Assembly: GCF_000621645.1 (NCBI RefSeq)
Contig: NZ_JHXR01000001.1
Span: 270,001-302,000, forward strand
Direction: 5' to 3'
DNA length: 32,000 nt
From: Vibrio cholerae ATCC 14035
GTDB taxonomy: Bacteria; Pseudomonadota; Gammaproteobacteria; Enterobacterales; Vibrionaceae
Shown here: piece after piece, positions 28,956 through 32,000 of the stretch
How positions within the stretch are numbered: position 1 is the first letter of the stretch
Layout of the letters: each line of letters starts with the position of its first letter
The notes under the pieces: model-generated
Told to the model about the DNA's origin: nothing
The model's database searches: none
What the model saw: only the letters and a program-made list of their open reading frames with translations
Position numbers and translations under genes: made by a program

Positions 28956-31900
28956 TTACCGAGCAGGTAGTACATTTTGCTGGAAATTCTTCAACATGTC
29001 AGCGACAAATTGAATGCGCGCACTGCGTTCAACCAAAGGCAAGGTAAATTTCAATTTGGTTGGCCCATCCATCGCCAGTAACTTTGGTTGCGATTGCAGC
29101 AGTTTAACCAAAAACACCGGGTTAATGTCAGCATTGGGATAGAACTCTACGTATCCGCCACGCTCATGCGCCTCAATTTTACGCACTTTTAGGCGCATAG
29201 CATTGAGTTTCAGTTCAGCAATGGCGAGTAAGTTTAACGCGGCGTCTGGTAATTTACCAAAGCGATCAATCAATTCGACTTTGAGTTCAGCCAATTCGTC
29301 TTTACTCGCTACGCTGGCGATCTGTTTGTACATGGATAACCGCGTATTGATATCGGGGATGTACTCTTCCGGCAGCAAGGCTGGTAGGCGCATTTCGACT
29401 TCGGTCTGCTCACGCAGTAAATCATCCAGCGCAGGTTCTTTGCCTGATTTTAGGGCTTCGACCGCTTGTTCGAGCATTTCCATATACAGAGTAAAACCGA
29501 CCGACTGAATCTGGCCACTTTGCTCTTCGCCTAACAATTCACCGGCCCCGCGAATTTCTAGGTCGTGCGTGGCGAGAGTAAAGCCGGCCCCCAAATCTTC
29601 TAAAGAGGCAATCGCCTCTAGGCGTTTGACCGCATCTTTGGTAATCGCTTTAGGCGGTGGCGTTAACAGGTAAGCATAGGCTTGGTGATGCGAACGACCG
29701 ACGCGGCCACGTAACTGGTGCAACTGGGCTAAACCTAAGCTGTCAGCGCGATCCATGATGATGGTATTCGCGGTCGGAACGTCGATACCGGTTTCGATGA
29801 TCGTGGTACACACCAGCAAATTGAAACGCTGGTGGTAGAAATCGTTCATCACTTTTTCCAGCTCACGTTCACGCATCTGCCCGTGAGCGACGGTAATCCG
29901 CGCTTCAGGCACCAGTTTTTCTAAATCTGCGGCCACTTTATCGATGGTTTCAACCTGATTATGCAGAAAGTACACCTGACCACCGCGCATAATTTCACGC
30001 AGTACCGCTTCACGGATCACACTATCTTCACTTTGACGAACAAAGGTTTTGATGGCTAAACGGCGCGCTGGAGGTGTGGCAATAATCGACAGGTCACGCA
30101 TACCACTCATGGCCATGTTGAGTGTACGTGGGATTGGCGTGGCAGTGAGAGTCAGAATATCCACATCGGCACGCATCGCTTTGACTTTTTCTTTTTGGCG
30201 CACTCCGAAACGGTGTTCTTCGTCAACAATCAGCAAGCCAAGATCCGCAAAACGAATTTCGCTAGAGAGCAACTTATGGGTACCGACCAGAATGTCGACT
30301 TTGCCGTCCGCTACGTCTTGTAGGATTTGTTTTTGCTCTTTGGCTGATTTAAAGCGGGAGAGCACTTCGACGCGGATCGGCAAGTTAGCAAAGCGGTCGC
30401 GGAAGTTTTCAAAATGCTGCTGGGCGAGCAGCGTAGTTGGAACTAATACGGCGACTTGCTTGCCGTTATCGGTCGCGACAAACGCGGCGCGCATCGCTAC
30501 TTCTGTTTTTCCAAAGCCGACGTCACCACACACCAAACGATCCATGGCTTTGGCTTGACACATGTCGGATAGCACGGCGTTGATCGCCATTGCTTGGTCA
30601 TCGGTTTCTTCAAACGGGAAGGTGGCTTTGAAGGTCGCGTATTGTTCACGGTCGAGATGAAATTTAAAGCCCGGTTTGATTTCACGCTTGGCATACACAT
30701 CCAAAAGTTCTGCCGCGACATCGCGCACTTTTTCCGCCGCTTTGCGGCGCGCTTTGACCCACGCTTCACCCCCTAATTTATGCAATTGGGCGGCTTCTTC
30801 TGCGCCACCGGAGTAGCGGCTGATCAGGTTCAGTGACGAAACCGGCACATACAGCTTGGCTTCGTTTTGGTACTCCAGCATCACGTATTCGCTGACCATG
30901 CCACCCGCTTCAAGGGTTTGTAAGCCTAAGTAACGTCCGATCCCGTGATCAATATGGACAACGGGTTGCCCCGGTTTGAGCTCGGCAAGGTTGCGGATTA
31001 CCGCATCACTGTTGGTGACGTTTTTGCGATCTTTTTTGCGGCGACGTTGAATCACCCGATCGCCCAGTAAATCGCTCTCACAAATCAAGGCAACTTGATT
31101 ATCACCATAGATAAATCCGCGCTCTGCTGAGCCGAGCACCAGTGAGTATTTTTCCGTTTGTTGGCACGCAAGGCTGAAATCATTTTGGCTTTGCGGGCGC
31201 AGTTTAATGCGCTGTAACAACTCCAGTAGCGCTTCACGGCGACCTTCCGACTCGACTGAGAAAATGATTTTGCCGGTAAATTGTTCGCTAAATTGGCGCA
31301 GTGCCGCCAAAGGCTCTTTGTTTTGATGTTCAACGGCCAATACGGGTAGTGGTTGAACTTGCGCATTCATTCGACCGGCACGCAGCTCGATAGGTGAGCT
31401 TGTCAGTTGGACTTGCGGCAGAGTTTTAAAGTGGGCAAACAGCTCATCTTTACGCAGCCACAACTCATTGGGCGGCAGCAGTGGGCGCAGTGGGTCGATA
31501 TTGCGTTGGTCGTAGCGGTAATCGACATCAGTTAAGAACTGGTCGATGGCTTTTTCCAGCTCGCCAACCACCAAAAGCTGGCTGTTGGCGGGCAGGTAAT
31601 CAAACAGAGTCTCGCTGTGCTCAAAAAAGAGTGGCTGCCAATACTCAATCCCTGCCGGCCAAGTGCCTTTAGAGACTTGGCTGTAAACCGATTCCGGCTC
31701 GCGGCGCGCTTCAAAACGCTGTCGCCAGCGGTTACGAAACTCTTCGATCGCCGCGGCCGTCGTCGGAAACTCATGGGCGGGCAGCAGGCGAATTTCATCC
31801 ATTTCAGCGATTGAGCGCTGATTGTCTGGATCAAAGGTGCGAATGGTGTCGATTTCATCATCAAAGAAATCGATCCGGAATGGGTCGCTACTGCCCATAG

Positions 31901-32000
31901 GGAAGAGATCAAGAATCGACCCGCGACTGGCGTATTCACCGGGGCCAAAGACCTGATCGACATGGCGATAGCTGCTGTTTTCTAACTGCAAGCGCAGTTT
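28956..32000 (-). CDS. mfd: Transcription-repair coupling factor Mfd (N-terminus lies beyond the window edge)
   Basis: The frame is open from 28956 to the window end. Superfamily-2 helicase motifs GDVGFGKTEVAMRAAF and LLIVDEEHRFG, an RNAP-interaction/CarD-like region (LKPGQPVVHIDHGIGRY), and a TRG-type C-terminal part. The ORF-track start at 31991 is an internal TTG. Confidence 0.95.
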   Translation of the reverse strand, partial: KLRLQLENSSYRHVDQVFGPGEYASRGSILDLFPMGSSDPFRIDFFDDEIDTIRTFDPDNQRSIAEMDEIRLLPAHEFPTTAAAIEEFRNRWRQRFEARREPESVYSQVSKGTWPAGIEYWQPLFFEHSETLFDYLPANSQLLVVGELEKAIDQFLTDVDYRYDQRNIDPLRPLLPPNELWLRKDELFAHFKTLPQVQLTSSPIELRAGRMNAQVQPLPVLAVEHQNKEPLAALRQFSEQFTGKIIFSVESEGRREALLELLQRIKLRPQSQNDFSLACQQTEKYSLVLGSAERGFIYGDNQVALICESDLLGDRVIQRRRKKDRKNVTNSDAVIRNLAELKPGQPVVHIDHGIGRYLGLQTLEAGGMVSEYVMLEYQNEAKLYVPVSSLNLISRYSGGAEEAAQLHKLGGEAWVKARRKAAEKVRDVAAELLDVYAKREIKPGFKFHLDREQYATFKATFPFEETDDQAMAINAVLSDMCQAKAMDRLVCGDVGFGKTEVAMRAAFVATDNGKQVAVLVPTTLLAQQHFENFRDRFANLPIRVEVLSRFKSAKEQKQILQDVADGKVDILVGTHKLLSSEIRFADLGLLIVDEEHRFGVRQKEKVKAMRADVDILTLTATPIPRTLNMAMSGMRDLSIIATPPARRLAIKTFVRQSEDSVIREAVLREIMRGGQVYFLHNQVETIDKVAADLEKLVPEARITVAHGQMRERELEKVMNDFYHQRFNLLVCTTIIETGIDVPTANTIIMDRADSLGLAQLHQLRGRVGRSHHQAYAYLLTPPPKAITKDAVKRLEAIASLEDLGAGFTLATHDLEIRGAGELLGEEQSGQIQSVGFTLYMEMLEQAVEALKSGKEPALDDLLREQTEVEMRLPALLPEEYIPDINTRLSMYKQIASVASKDELAELKVELIDRFGKLPDAALNLLAIAELKLNAMRLKVRKIEAHERGGYVEFYPNADINPVFLVKLLQSQPKLLAMDGPTKLKFTLPLVERSARIQFVADMLKNFQQNVLPAR

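Overview
This window reads as core chromosome of a Vibrio, most likely Vibrio cholerae chromosome 1. That assignment rests on protein motifs and gene order recalled from memory, not on a database search. I call 25 protein genes, one of them (mfd) cut by the window edge. In order they are: lapB, pyrF, miaE, a membrane coiled-coil protein of unknown function, cysB, an orphan SAM-methyltransferase-like gene, ald, lrp, ftsK, dsbB, nhaB, fadR, a stand-alone CARF/PD-(D/E)xK nuclease, an MCP chemoreceptor, the packed run hinT / 472-aa lipoprotein / ycfL / lpoB / thiK, then ycfP, ndh, a GNAT acetyltransferase, the biofilm matrix adhesin bap1, csiV and mfd. I saw no rRNA, tRNA, CRISPR array, cas gene, IS element, integrase or prophage. 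Several blocks keep E. coli-like order (lapB-pyrF, lrp-ftsK, dsbB-nhaB-fadR, hinT..ndh..mfd). The lineage-specific genes sit at the joints between these blocks, and two of those joints carry inverted copies of an ERIC/IRU-like palindromic repeat of about 125-130 bp.

The best candidate for undescribed biology is the monocistronic 383-aa CARF-like / wHTH-like / restriction-endonuclease-fold protein at 15033-16184. It has the architecture of the cyclic-oligoadenylate-activated Card1/Can2 effectors, but no CRISPR-Cas or nucleotide cyclase partner lies anywhere in the 32 kb.

Other items worth a second look:
- bap1 is a beta-propeller interrupted by a lectin-like domain that carries a run of 12-aa tandem repeats. 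This architecture is already published.
- The bap1 upstream region is rich in inverted repeats.
- A perfect 12-bp hairpin sequesters the RBS and start codon of the methyltransferase gene.
- A perfect FNR box lies upstream of ndh.
- A perfect 16-bp palindrome lies in the MCP/hinT divergent region.
- The nhaB-fadR spacer is 644 bp long and AT-rich.

All structure and repeat calls were made by eye. No folding energies, alignment scores or database hits were computed.
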